Assembly (NCBI GenBank): GCA_030390025.1 | Contig: CM059431.1 | Span: 142,664,001-142,728,000 of the forward strand | Direction: 5' to 3' | Origin: Squalus acanthias | Taxonomy: Eukaryota | DNA: 64,000 nt | In this document: positions 24,165 through 35,200 of the stretch, piece by piece | Layout: the number at the start of each line of letters is the position of its first letter | Position numbering within the stretch: the first letter of the stretch is position 1 | Position numbers and translations under genes: made by a program | Notes under the pieces: model-generated | The model's database searches: none | Told to the model about the DNA's origin: nothing | Seen by the model: the letters and a program-made list of their open reading frames with translations, nothing else

Positions 24165-25901
24165 TACTAGGGTCTCCGCCATTAATGTTAGAGTAGGGCC
24201 AGCATCAGTTATGTTACTGTACGTTCAGCTTTCGTAATGTTAGAGTAGGGCCAGCATCAGTAATGTTATTGTACATTCAGCTTTCGCAATGTTAGAGGAA
24301 GGTCAGCAACAATAATGTTAGAGAAGAGTCACCAGCAGTAATGTTAGAGTAACGTGAGCCACCAGTGATGTTAGAGTAGGTTCACCACCAGTAAATTGAT
24401 CATAGGCACAACATCAGTAATGTTAGAGTAGGGTCACCATCAGTAATGCTAGACTAGGGTCATCACCAGTAATGTTTGACCAGGGTCACCAACATTAATG
24501 TTAGAGTAGTTTCAACACCAATGACGATAGAGTAGGGTCACCACCAGTTATGATAGAACAGGGTAAACATCAGTAATGTTAGATTAGATTCACCAACAAT
24601 AATTTTAGTATAGAGTTCAACACCAATAATGTGAGAGTAGGGCCACCACCAGTAATGTTAGATTAGAGTATCCACCAGTAATGATAGAGAAACCTCGCCA
24701 CCAGTAATGTTGGAGTAGGATCACCGCCAGTAAGGTTAGAGTAGGGTCACCACCAGTAATGTTCGACCAGTGTCACCAACTGTAATGTTAGATTATTTTC
24801 AACAAGAGTAACGATAGAGTAGGGTCACCACTAGTTATGTTAGAGCAGGGTAAACAACAGTAAGGTTAGAGCAGAGTCACCACCAATAATGTTCGAATAG
24901 TGACACCTTCAGTAATGTTAGAGTACAGTTACCAGCAGTAATGTTAGAGTAAAGTAAGCCACCAGTAATGTTAGAGTGGGGCATCACCAGTAATGTTAAA
25001 GAAGGATCACTACCATATATGTTACTGTAGGATCACCATCAGTAACGTTATCGTAGAGTCACCACCAGTAATGTTAAAGTAGGGTCACCACCAGTAATGT
25101 TAGAGTAGAGTCACCACCGGTAATGTTAGAGTAGGATCACCACCAATAATATTAGAGTAGGATCACCAAAATTATTTTAGAGCAGTGTCACCACCAGTAT
25201 TGTTAGAGCAGAGTCATCACCAGTAATATTAGAGTAGGGTCACCACCAGTAACGTTAGAGTAGGCTCACCACGGGTAAGGATAGAGTAGGTTTACCAAAA
25301 GTAATGTTGGAGTAGTGCGACCACCATTAATGTTAGAGTAGGAACACCATCAGTAATGTAAGAGTTGGGTCAACACCAATAATATTAGAGTGGGGTTAAC
25401 ACCATTAATGTTGGATAGTTTCACCACCAATAATGTTGAAGTAGGGTCACCAACAGCAATGACAGAGTAGGGTCACAATAAGTTATGTTAGAGTAGGTCA
25501 CCAACAGTAATGTTAAATCACGGTCACCACCCGTAATGTTGGAGAACGGTCACCGTGAGTAGTTTTAAATTAGTTTCAACATCAGAAACGGTAGAGCGAG
25601 GACGCCAACATTAATGTTATAGTAGGATCAACACCCTTAACGTTAGAGTTGGTACACCACCATTATTTTTAGAGTAGGATCAACACTAATAATGTAGAGG
25701 TATGATCACTGCAATTAATGTTAGCGTAGGGTCACCACCACTAATATTAGAGTAGGTTCACCAATAATAATATTAAAGTAGGTTCACCACCAGTAATGTT
25801 GGAGTAGATTCATCACGAGTAATGTTAGTGTAGGGTCACCGCCATTAATGTCAGAGTAGATTCACTACCAGTAATGATAGATTAGGTTCACCAGCAGTAA
25901 A
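24165..25901. repeat. 26-bp satellite, left block
   Basis: Tandem CACCACCAGTAATGTTAGAGTAGGGT, with diverged units. Confidence 0.97.
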
Positions 25902-25902
25902 T

Positions 25903-27036
25903 TAATACAAAAAGAAAATACTGCAGATGCTGGAAATCTGAAATAAATACAGAAAAAGCTGGAGATACTCAGCAGGCTAGGCAGCATCTGTAAAGAGAGA
26001 AACAGAGTTAACGTTTCAGGTCGTTGACCTTTCGTCAGAACTGGAAAAAAGCAGGAAATGCAACAGATTTTTAAGCAAGTGTAGAGGCTGGGAAAGGTGG
26101 GAGGGGCTGAAAGAACAAAAGGAGAGATCTGTGATAGGATAGAAGGCGGTAGAGGTTAAGAGATATTAAGAGATATTCAAGACAAAAGGAGATGGTAATG
26201 GGAGAGGTTAAGATACAAAGGATGGTTCTAGATGAAGTTTAAATTGCGCTGGCAGAATGAAAGACAGCTGCCTTGTGGGGGAGGAAAAAAATACAGAGAA
26301 AGAGTGTGGATAATATATATATATATATATATATGATAGGAGCCGAGGTTGTGATCTGAAATTGTTGAACTCCATGTTGAGTCCAGAGGGCTGTAAAGTG
26401 CCTAATCGATAGATGAGGTGCTGTTCCTCGAGCTTACGCTGAGCTTCCGTGGAACAATGCAAGTGGCCGTGGACGGAGATGTCTGAGTGGGATTGGAGCG
26501 GTGAATTAAAGTGACCGGCGACCGGAAGCTCGGGGTCCCCCTTACGGACTGAATGGAGGTGTTCCGCAAAGCGGTCACCCAATCTGCGTTTGGTCTCCCC
26601 AATGTAGAGGAGACCACATCCTAAGCAACGAATACAGTATACTAAAAAGCAAGAAGTAAAAGTAAATCGCTGTTTCACCTGGAAGGGGTGTTTGGAGCCC
26701 TGGACAGTGGGAAGGGGGGGAGGTATAAGGTCATGTGTTGCATCTCCTGCGCTTGCACGGGAAGGTGCCGGGCGAAAGGGAAGAGTTGTTGGGGGTGATA
26801 GAGTAGTGGACTAGGAATGCTGAAAGGGGAGGTGAGGGGAAGATGCGTTTGGTGGTGGGATCACGCTGCAGGTGTCGGAAATGGCGGAGGATGATCCGTT
26901 GAATGTGGAGGCTGGTGGGATGAAAGGTGAGGACAAGGGAAACTCTGTCGTGGTTCCGGGAGGGAGAGGTAGGATTAAGGGCAGAAGTGCGGGAGATAGA
27001 ATGGACACGGTCAAGGGTCGTGTGAACCCCACTGTA
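25903..27036 (-). mobile_element. Penelope-like element (second family), left arm
   Basis: ORF 26208-26678 reads LVYCIRCLGCGLLYIGETKRRLGDRFAEH...LEEQHLIYRLGTLQPSGLN (GIY-YIG). ORF 26731-27045 carries the LVLTFHP linker. A hammerhead motif lies at 26009-26038. Confidence 0.93.
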
Positions 27037-27812
27037 GAGGGTCACAATAAGTTATGTTAGAGTATGGTCACCAACAGTAATGTTAATTCACGATCACCAC
27101 CAGTAATGTTGGAGAATGGTCAGCATCAGTAGTGTTAAACGCATCATCCCCTCAGCTCCCCTTTCAGCATTCCGTAGGGACCGCTCCCTCTGCAACATGG
27201 TGCAGATCGGAACAAAGTGTTAAGCTGCGAGTTTAGTGAGTGAGGGAGTGAAACTTAAAGGTTAATCTCTTTTTTTATATACAATCTTGTCTTGTCTGCT
27301 TGCAATTAGCATTTAACATAAATTGAAATTTACTGTTTCAAGTTTTAAGTTTCTTCCAGGCTTGGGCAGGGCTAAGCAAGCTCTGTGCTGGAGAGCAGGT
27401 GAGAGCAATTATTTAATTAACTGGTCTAGTCTGGTTCTGTAACTGCCAGAGAGCTCACTTATTTAAATCTCAGCAGTATAAATAAGGGAGGCTAGAGTGC
27501 AGTTTGTCACAGAATACAGATTGGAACAGTGTGCTAAGCTGCTAGTTTGGTGAGTGAGGGAGTAGGGGAGGGAGATGTTCCTTTCTTTCTCTATTTTTGT
27601 CAGCTTCCAGGAGAGCAGGAGCTAAAAAGCTGCACAAGAGGGGACAGAGAACCAGCGGTGAGTATTTCTACAGTATTTCTACATTCCAGTCGTTAAAGTA
27701 AAAGTAAGGTCTCTAGTTTAGAGTAAGTAGTGTTTCAGGGGAAGTAAGGTCCCTAGTGTATTTAATATTCTTTAATTTAAAGGCAGTAAATGGTGTAAAT
27801 TAAGGGTAGGAA

Positions 27813-28790
27813 ATGGCAGGGCAGCTCGGCAGCGTGGAGTGCTCCTCCAGTGCTTTGTTCGAATTCAGCGACACTTTACGTGTCCAGGGCGAACACATGT
27901 GCAGGAAGTGTCTCCAGCTGCAGCTACTCGAAATCCGCGTTTCGGAGCTGGAGCTGCGGCTGGAGTCACTGTGCAGCATCCGCGAAGCTGAGATCTTCGT
28001 GGATCGCACGTTTAACAAGGTGGTCACACCGCAAATAAAGAGTGCACAGGCAGACAGGGAATGGGTGACCACCAGACAGAGTAAAAGAACTAGGAAGGTA
28101 GTGCAGGAGTCCCCTGGGTACATCTCCCTCTCAAACAGATGTTCCGTTTTGGATACTGCTGGGGGAAATGGTTTCTCAGGGGAATGCAGCAGGAGCCAAG
28201 TCTGTGGCACTACGAGCGGCTCAGCACAACAAGAGGGGGGGGGGAAGAAGTGTGGGAAAGCAATAGTGATAGGAGATTCTATCGTAAGGGGAACAGATAG
28301 ACGTTTCTGTGGCCGCAGGCGTGACTCCAGGATGGTATGTTGCCTCCCTGGTGCCAGGGTCAAGGATGTCACTGAACGGCTGCAGGGCATTCTGAAGGGG
28401 GAGGGCGAACAGTCAGAGGTCGTGTTTCACATTGATACAAACGACATGGATAGAAAGAGGGATGAGGTCCTGCAGCAAGTATTTAGGTAGCTAGGTGGCA
28501 GTTTAAAAAGCAATACCTCAAACGTTGTAATCTCTGGATTACTTCCGGTGCCACGTGCTGGTGAGTATAGGAATAGGAGGATAGAGCAGATTAGTGCGTG
28601 GCTAAAGAGTTGGTGCAGGAGGGAGGGCTTTAGTTTCCTGGATCACTGCGTCTGCTTCTGGGGAAGGTGGGACCTGTAGAAGTCGGACGGGTTGCTCCCG
28701 AACCGGAACGGGACCAACATCCTTGCTGGGAGGTTTGCTAGTACTGTTGGCGGGGTGGAGGGGGGGGGGGGGAGGGGGTGTTAAACTAAC
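27813..28790 (+). pseudogene. CR1 ORF1p (zinc finger/leucine zipper plus GDSL esterase)
   Basis: A 225-aa open part continues through stops to the esterase C-terminus (..DGL.PN.NGTNIL). Confidence 0.88.
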
Positions 28791-28908
28791 TTAGCAGAGG
28801 GATGGGAAACGTAGTGGAGCTATAGTAGGGGATGATGCACAGCCAAACATAGAGGAAAAAACAAGTCAGCCTGGAAGGCAGAGCAAATATGTAACGGCAC
28901 AAAGGAGT

Positions 28909-31690
28909 ATGACAAGGCTGGATGGCATTTATTTTAATGCAAGGAGTCTTGCGAGTAAGGCAGATGAATTGAAGCTGTTGATGAACACATGGGTGTATGA
29001 TATTGTTGCTATCACAGAGACATGGTTGAGGGAGGGGCAGGACAGCCAGCTCAATATTCCGGGTATAGAATCTTCAGGCGAGACAAAGGGGGGCGTAAAA
29101 GAGGAGGGGTTGTTGCAATATTAATCAAGGAGTCAATTACTGCTGTAAGGAGGGATGATATCTTAGCAGGTTCCTCAAATGAGGCCATATGGGTCGAACT
29201 TAAAAACAAAAAGGGGCAAGCACTTTGCTGGGAGTGTACTATAGGCCCCCAAACAGTCAGGGGAGATAGAGGAACAGATATGTAGGCAGATCTCAGAAGT
29301 GTAGAAATATTAGGGTAATAATAGCAGGGGATTTCAACTTCCCCAATATTAACTGGGACAGTAAGTCTGTGAAAGGCTTAGCGGGTGCGGAATTGTTAAA
29401 ATGAATCCACGAGAGCTTTTTGAGCCAGCATGTAGAAAGTCCTACAAGAGAGCGGGCGGTACTGGACCTAATTCTAGGGAATGTAGCCGGGCAAGTGGTA
29501 GAAGTGAAAGTAGGAGAGCATTTTGGTGAGAGTGACCATAATTCGGTGAGATATAAGGTAGTCATGGAAAAGGACAAAGATGGACGGAAATAAAGATTAT
29601 AAATTGGGGAAGACCGATTTTAATATGATAAGCAGGATCTGGCCAAAGTGGACTGGAATTAGCTACTTGCAAGGAAATCCACATCAGAGTAGTGGGAGTC
29701 TTTCAGAAAGGAAATAGAGAGAGTACAATGCCAACATGTTCCCGTAAAGGTCAAGGGTGGGACCAACAAGCCCAGGGAACCCTGTATGTCAAGGGATATA
29801 CAAGAATGGTTTAGGAAAAAAACGGAGGCTTTTGGCAGATACAAAGGACTTAAAACAGTGGAAGCCCTAGAGGAGTACAGAAAGTGTAGGGGGGTACTTG
29901 AAATGAAATTAGGAGAGCGAAGAGGGGGCCTGAAAAAACACAGGCGGGCAAAAGAAAGGAAAATCCCAAGGTGTTTTATAAGTATATTAAGGGCAAGAGG
30001 ATAACCAGGGAAAGAGTAGGGCCCATTTGGGACCAAAGTGGCAATCTGTTTGTAGAGTCAGAAGATGTAGGTGAGGTTATAAATGAATATTTTGCATCTG
30101 TGTTCACTATGGAGAAGGACGATGTAGGCATAGAAATCAGACAGAGGGATTGTGATATACGTGAACAAATTAGTATTGAGAAGGAGGAGGTACTAGCGGT
30201 TTTAGCTGGCTTAAAAGTGGATAAACCCCCAGGCCCAGACGAGATGTATCCCAGGCTGCTGTGTGAGGCAAGGGAGGAGATTGCAGGGGCTCTGACACAA
30301 ATTTTCAAAACCTCTCTGACCACAGGGGAGAAGCCAGAGGACTGGAGAACAGCTAACGTAGTACCATTATTCAAGAAGGTTAGTACGGATAAACCAGGGA
30401 ATGACAGGCCAGTGTGCCTAACATCAGTGGTAATGGAATTATTGGAAAAAATTCTGAGGGACAGAATAAGTCTCCACTTGGAGAGGCAAGGATCAAACCA
30501 GGATAGTCAGCATGGCTTTTTCAGGGGGAGATCATGTCTGACCAATTGGATTGAATTTTTCGAGGAGGTGACTAGGTGTGTGGATGAGGGTAGTGCAGTT
30601 GATGTGGTCTACATGGACTTCAGTAAGGCTTTTGACAAAGTCCCGCATGGGAGACTGATCAAGAAGGTAAGAGCCCATGGGATCCAGGGCACCTTGTCAA
30701 ATTGGATCCAAAATTGGCTTAGTGGCAGGAGGCAGAGGGTGATGGTGGAAGGTTCTTTTTGTTACTGGAAGCCTGTGTCCAGTGGTGAACCGTAGGGATC
30801 GGTGCTGAGTCTTTTGCTGTTTGTAGTGTACATTAATGATTTAGATATGAATGTCGGAGGTATGATCAGTAAGTTCGCATGTGACACGAAAATTGGTGAA
30901 GTGGTAAATAGCGAGGAGAGAAGTCTCAGGCTACAGGACGATATAGATGGTTTGGTTAGTTGGGCAGAACATTGGCAAATGGTATTTAACCCTGAAAAGT
31001 GTGAGGTGATGCATTTTGGGATGACTAACAAGGCAAGGGAATAAACAATGAATGGTAGGACCATAGGAAGAACAGAGGATCAGAGGGACCTTGGTTTGCA
31101 TGTACATAGATCCCTGAAGACAGCAGGTCAATTAGGTAAGTTGGTTAAAAAGGCATATGGGATACTTGCCTTCATTAGCCGAGGCATAGAATATAAGAGC
31201 AGGGAGATTATGATGGAACTGTACAAAACGCTGGTTAGGCCACAGCTGGAATATTGTGTGCAGTTCTTGTTGCCACACTATAGGAAGGATGTGATTGCAT
31301 TGGAGAGGGTGCAGAGGAGATTCACCGAGATGTTACCTGGGCTGGAGCGCTTCAGCTATGAAGAGAGCCTGAGCAGGGTGGGGTTGTTCTCCTTAGAGCA
31401 GAGAAGGCTGAGGGGGGACCTAATTGAGGTGTTCAAAATTATAAGGGGCATATAGAGGGTAGTTAGAAAGGAACTTTTCCCCTTAGTAGAAGGGTCAATA
31501 ACCAGGGGCCATGCTTTCAAGGTAAGGGGCAGGAGGTTTAGAGGGGATTTCCGGAAAAAAAAACATTTTCACCCCGAGGGTGTTTGGAATCTGGAACTCA
31601 CTGCCTGAAACGGTGGTAGAGGCAGGAACCCTCAACATTCAAGAAGCATTTAGAGGAGCACTTGAAACGCCATAGCATACAGGGCTACGG
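28909..31690 (+). pseudogene. CR1 ORF2p endonuclease/reverse transcriptase, fragmented
   Basis: ORF pieces starting at 28909, 29022, 29786, 29971, 30802 and 31048 carry canonical APE and RT motifs. Confidence 0.92.
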
Positions 31691-31803
31691 ACCAAGTGCT
31701 GGAAAATGGGATTAGAATAGACAGGGCTTGATGGCCGGCCCGGACACAATGGGCCGAAGAGCCTCTTTCTGTGCTGTATAACGCTATGACTATGACTCTA
31801 TGA

Positions 31804-32283
31804 CACCCTAGTCTACTCCTCTAGTCAATTTACAGCCCTCTGGACTCAACATAGAGTTCAACAATTTCAGATCATATCCTCAGTCCCTATCATTTATGTA
31901 TATATTTTTTATCCACACGCTTTGTCTGTCTTTTTTTTCTTCTCCCCCACATTGCAGCTGTCTTTTAATCTGCCAGCGCAATTTACACTTCACCTGGAGT
32001 CATCCTTTGTTTCTTAACAATATCCCATTACCATCTCCTTTTGCCTTGAAAATCTTTTAATGTCTCTTAACCTCTTCCGCCTTCTATCCTATCACAGATC
32101 TTCCCTTTTGTTCTTTCATCCCCTCCCCCACTTTCCGAGCCTCTACACTTGCTTAAAAATCTGTTCCATTTTCTGCTTTTTTCCAGTTCTGACGAAAGGT
32201 CATCGACCTGAAACGTTAACTCTGTTTATCTCGTCACAGATGCTGCCTGACCTGCTGAGTTACTACAGCTTTTTCTGTTTTTA
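31804..32283 (+). mobile_element. Penelope-like element right (inverted) arm, continuing 27140-27197 across the CR1 insertion
   Basis: Reverse complement of ~25940-26400 (LQPSGLN..FNNFRS). Hammerhead motif AGTT-CTGACGA-AAGGTC ATC GACCT-GAAACGTT-AACT at 32185-32221. Confidence 0.88.
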
Positions 32284-32284
32284 T

Positions 32285-35200
32285 ACCAGTAAAATAGTCA
32301 TAGGCTCACCACAAGTAATGTTAGAATAGGGTCCCCATCAGTCATGCTAGAGTAGGGTCAGCATCAGTTAAGCTAGACTAGGTTCACGACCAGTAATTTT
32401 CGACCAGGTTCACCAACAGTCATGTTAGAGTAGTTTCAACACCAGTAACGATAGAGTAGGGTCACCACCAGTTACGTTAGAGCATGGTAAAAACCAGTAA
32501 TGTTAGAGTAGAGTCACCACCAATAATGTTCGAATAGTGTCACCATCAGTAATGATACATTAGAGTTACCAGCAGTAATGTTTGTGTAAAGTAAGCCACC
32601 AGTAATGTTAGAGTGGGGCATCACCAGTAATGTTAGAGTGGGGCATCACCAGTAATGTTACAGAAGGAGCACTACCATCTATGTTACTGTATGATCATCA
32701 TCAGTAAAGTTATCATACAGTCACAACCAGTAATGTTAGAGTAGGGTCACAGCTAGGAATGTTAGAGTTGGGTCACAGTCAGTTGTTTTAAAGTAGGGTC
32801 AGCAAGAGTAATGTTAAACCAGGGACACCACAAGTAATGTTAGATAGTTTCGCCACCAGTAACGTTAAAGTAGAGTCATTACCAGTAATGTTAGAGTACG
32901 ATCACCGCCAATAATATTAGAGTCGGGTCAACAACAGTATTGCTAGAGTAGGGACGCCACCAGTAATGATAGAGTTGTTTCACCACCAGTAACGTTAGAG
33001 TAGGGTCATCACCACAATTGTTAGAGTAGGGACAGCACCAGTAATTTTAGAGTAGGAACACCATCAGTAATGTTAGAGTAGGATCACCACCAGTAATGAT
33101 AGAGTAGTTTCATCCACAGGTAACGTTAGAGTAGGGTCACCACAAGAAATATTGGAGTTGAGTCACCACCAGTAATGTTAGAGTGCAGTCAGCAACAGCA
33201 ATGTTAGTGTGGGTCACCACCATTAATGTTGGAGTAGATTCACCACCAATAATGTTAGAGTAGGGTCGCCAACAGCAATGATAGAGAAGGGTCACAATCA
33301 GTTATGTCAGAGAGGGGTAACCAAAGGTAATTTTAAATCACGGTCACCACCAGCAATGTAGGAGAATGGTCACCATCAGTAGTGTTAAATTAGTTTCACG
33401 AGGAGAAACTTTCGAGTAAGGTCACCAACAGTAACGTTATAGTACGATCAACACCAGTAAGGTTGGAGTTGGGATATCACGATTAATTTTAGAGTAGGTT
33501 CACCACTTTTAATGTTAGACTAGTTTCTTGACATGTACACTGAAAGTACGATCAACTTCATTAATGTTAGCGTAGGGTCATCACCTGTAATGTTAGAGTA
33601 GGTCCACCACCAGTAATGTAAGAGTGGGGTCATCTCCAGTAATGTTAGACTAGGGTCATCATCAGTAATGTTACAGTCGAGACAGCACCAGTAATGTCAG
33701 AGTAGTTTCACAACCAGTAATGTTAGAGTAGGTTCACCACCAGTAATGTGAGAGTAGAGTCACCACCAGTAATGTGAGAGCAGAGTCACCACCAGTAATG
33801 TTCGATCAGGGTCAACAACAGTAATGCTAAAGTAGTTTCACCACCAGTAATGTTAGAGTAGGGTCTCCATCAGTAATGTTAGAGTAGGGTCAACACCAGT
33901 AATGTTAGAGTTGGGTCACCACCAGTAATGTTGGAGTAGGATCACCACCAGTAATGTTAGAGTAGGGTCACCACCAGTAATGTTGGAGTAGGATCACCGC
34001 CATTAACGTTAGAGAAGTGTCAGCACTAGTACATTTATCATAGGCTCACCACCAGTAATGTTAGAGTTGGATCACTGTCAGTAATGTTGGAGTAGGGTCA
34101 CCACCAGTAACAATAGAGTAGAATCACCACCATTAAAGTTATCATAGAGTTACCACTAGTAATGTTCGAGTAGGGTCACCACCAGTAATGGTGGGGTAGG
34201 TTAATCACCAGTAATGTTAGAGTAGAGTCACCACCAGTATTGTTAGAGCAGGGTTATCATTGTAATGTTATGGAAGGGTCACACCAGTAATGTTAGAGTA
34301 GGTTCACCACCAGTAATGTTTGAGTCGAATCACCAGCAGTAATGTTAGAGTAGGGTCACCACCAGTAACGTTGGAGTGGGATCACCATCAGTAATATTAG
34401 AGTAGAGCACGACAACATTTATGTTAGGGTATGGTCAATACCAATAATGTTAGCGTGGATTCACCATCAGCAATGTTAGTATAGGGTCAGCATCAGTAAT
34501 GTTAGTGTAGTTCCACCAACAGCAATGCTACAGTAAGTCACCATCAGTAATGTTAGTTTAAGTTCCCCACCATTGATTTTAGAGTATGGTCACAATCAGC
34601 TATGTTAGAGCAGTGTCACCATCAGTTGTGTTAGTGTAGTTTCACCACCTGTAACGTAAGAGTACTGTTACCACCAATAATGTTAGAGTACAGTCACCAC
34701 CAATAATGTTCGAATATGGTCACAAGCATTAATGTTAGAGTACTGTCACCATCAGTAATATAAGAGTTGGTTCACCGCCAGTAATGATAGAGTAAGGTCA
34801 ACACCATTAATGTTCGAGTATGGCCAGCACAATTAATGTTAGAGTAGGATCAACACCAGTCGTGTAAGTGTAGCGTCACCACAAGTAATTTTCGAGTAGG
34901 GCCACCATCATTAATAAAAAAAGTAGAGTCACCACCAATAAAGATAGAGTAGGGAAACCACAGATTTGATGTTAGAGTAGGGTCAGCTAACCTAATGTTA
35001 TAGTGATACACCATCAGCAAGGTTACATTAGGGTCTCCACCAGTAATGATAGAGCAGTGTCACAACAGTAATGTTAGAGTAGTGTCTCTACCAGTAATGT
35101 TAGAGTAGCGTCACCACAAGATAATGTTAGTGCAGCATTGCCATCATTAATGATAGACTAGAGTTACTAACAGTAATGTCAGAGTGAAAAAGCACTAGTA

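Larger units (their letters stand above)
27198..31803 (+). mobile_element. Near full-length CR1 LINE (5' UTR, ORF1 zinc-finger plus esterase, ORF2 APE-RT), inactivated
   Basis: ORF1 from 27813 has a degenerate zinc finger (CSS..CRKC), a coiled coil and VIGDSIVRG (SGNH esterase). ORF2 has YFNARSL, AITETWL, GDFN, VVYMDFSKAFDKVPH and KFACDTK. The tail is (TATGAC)n. Multiple stops and frameshifts. Confidence 0.96.
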
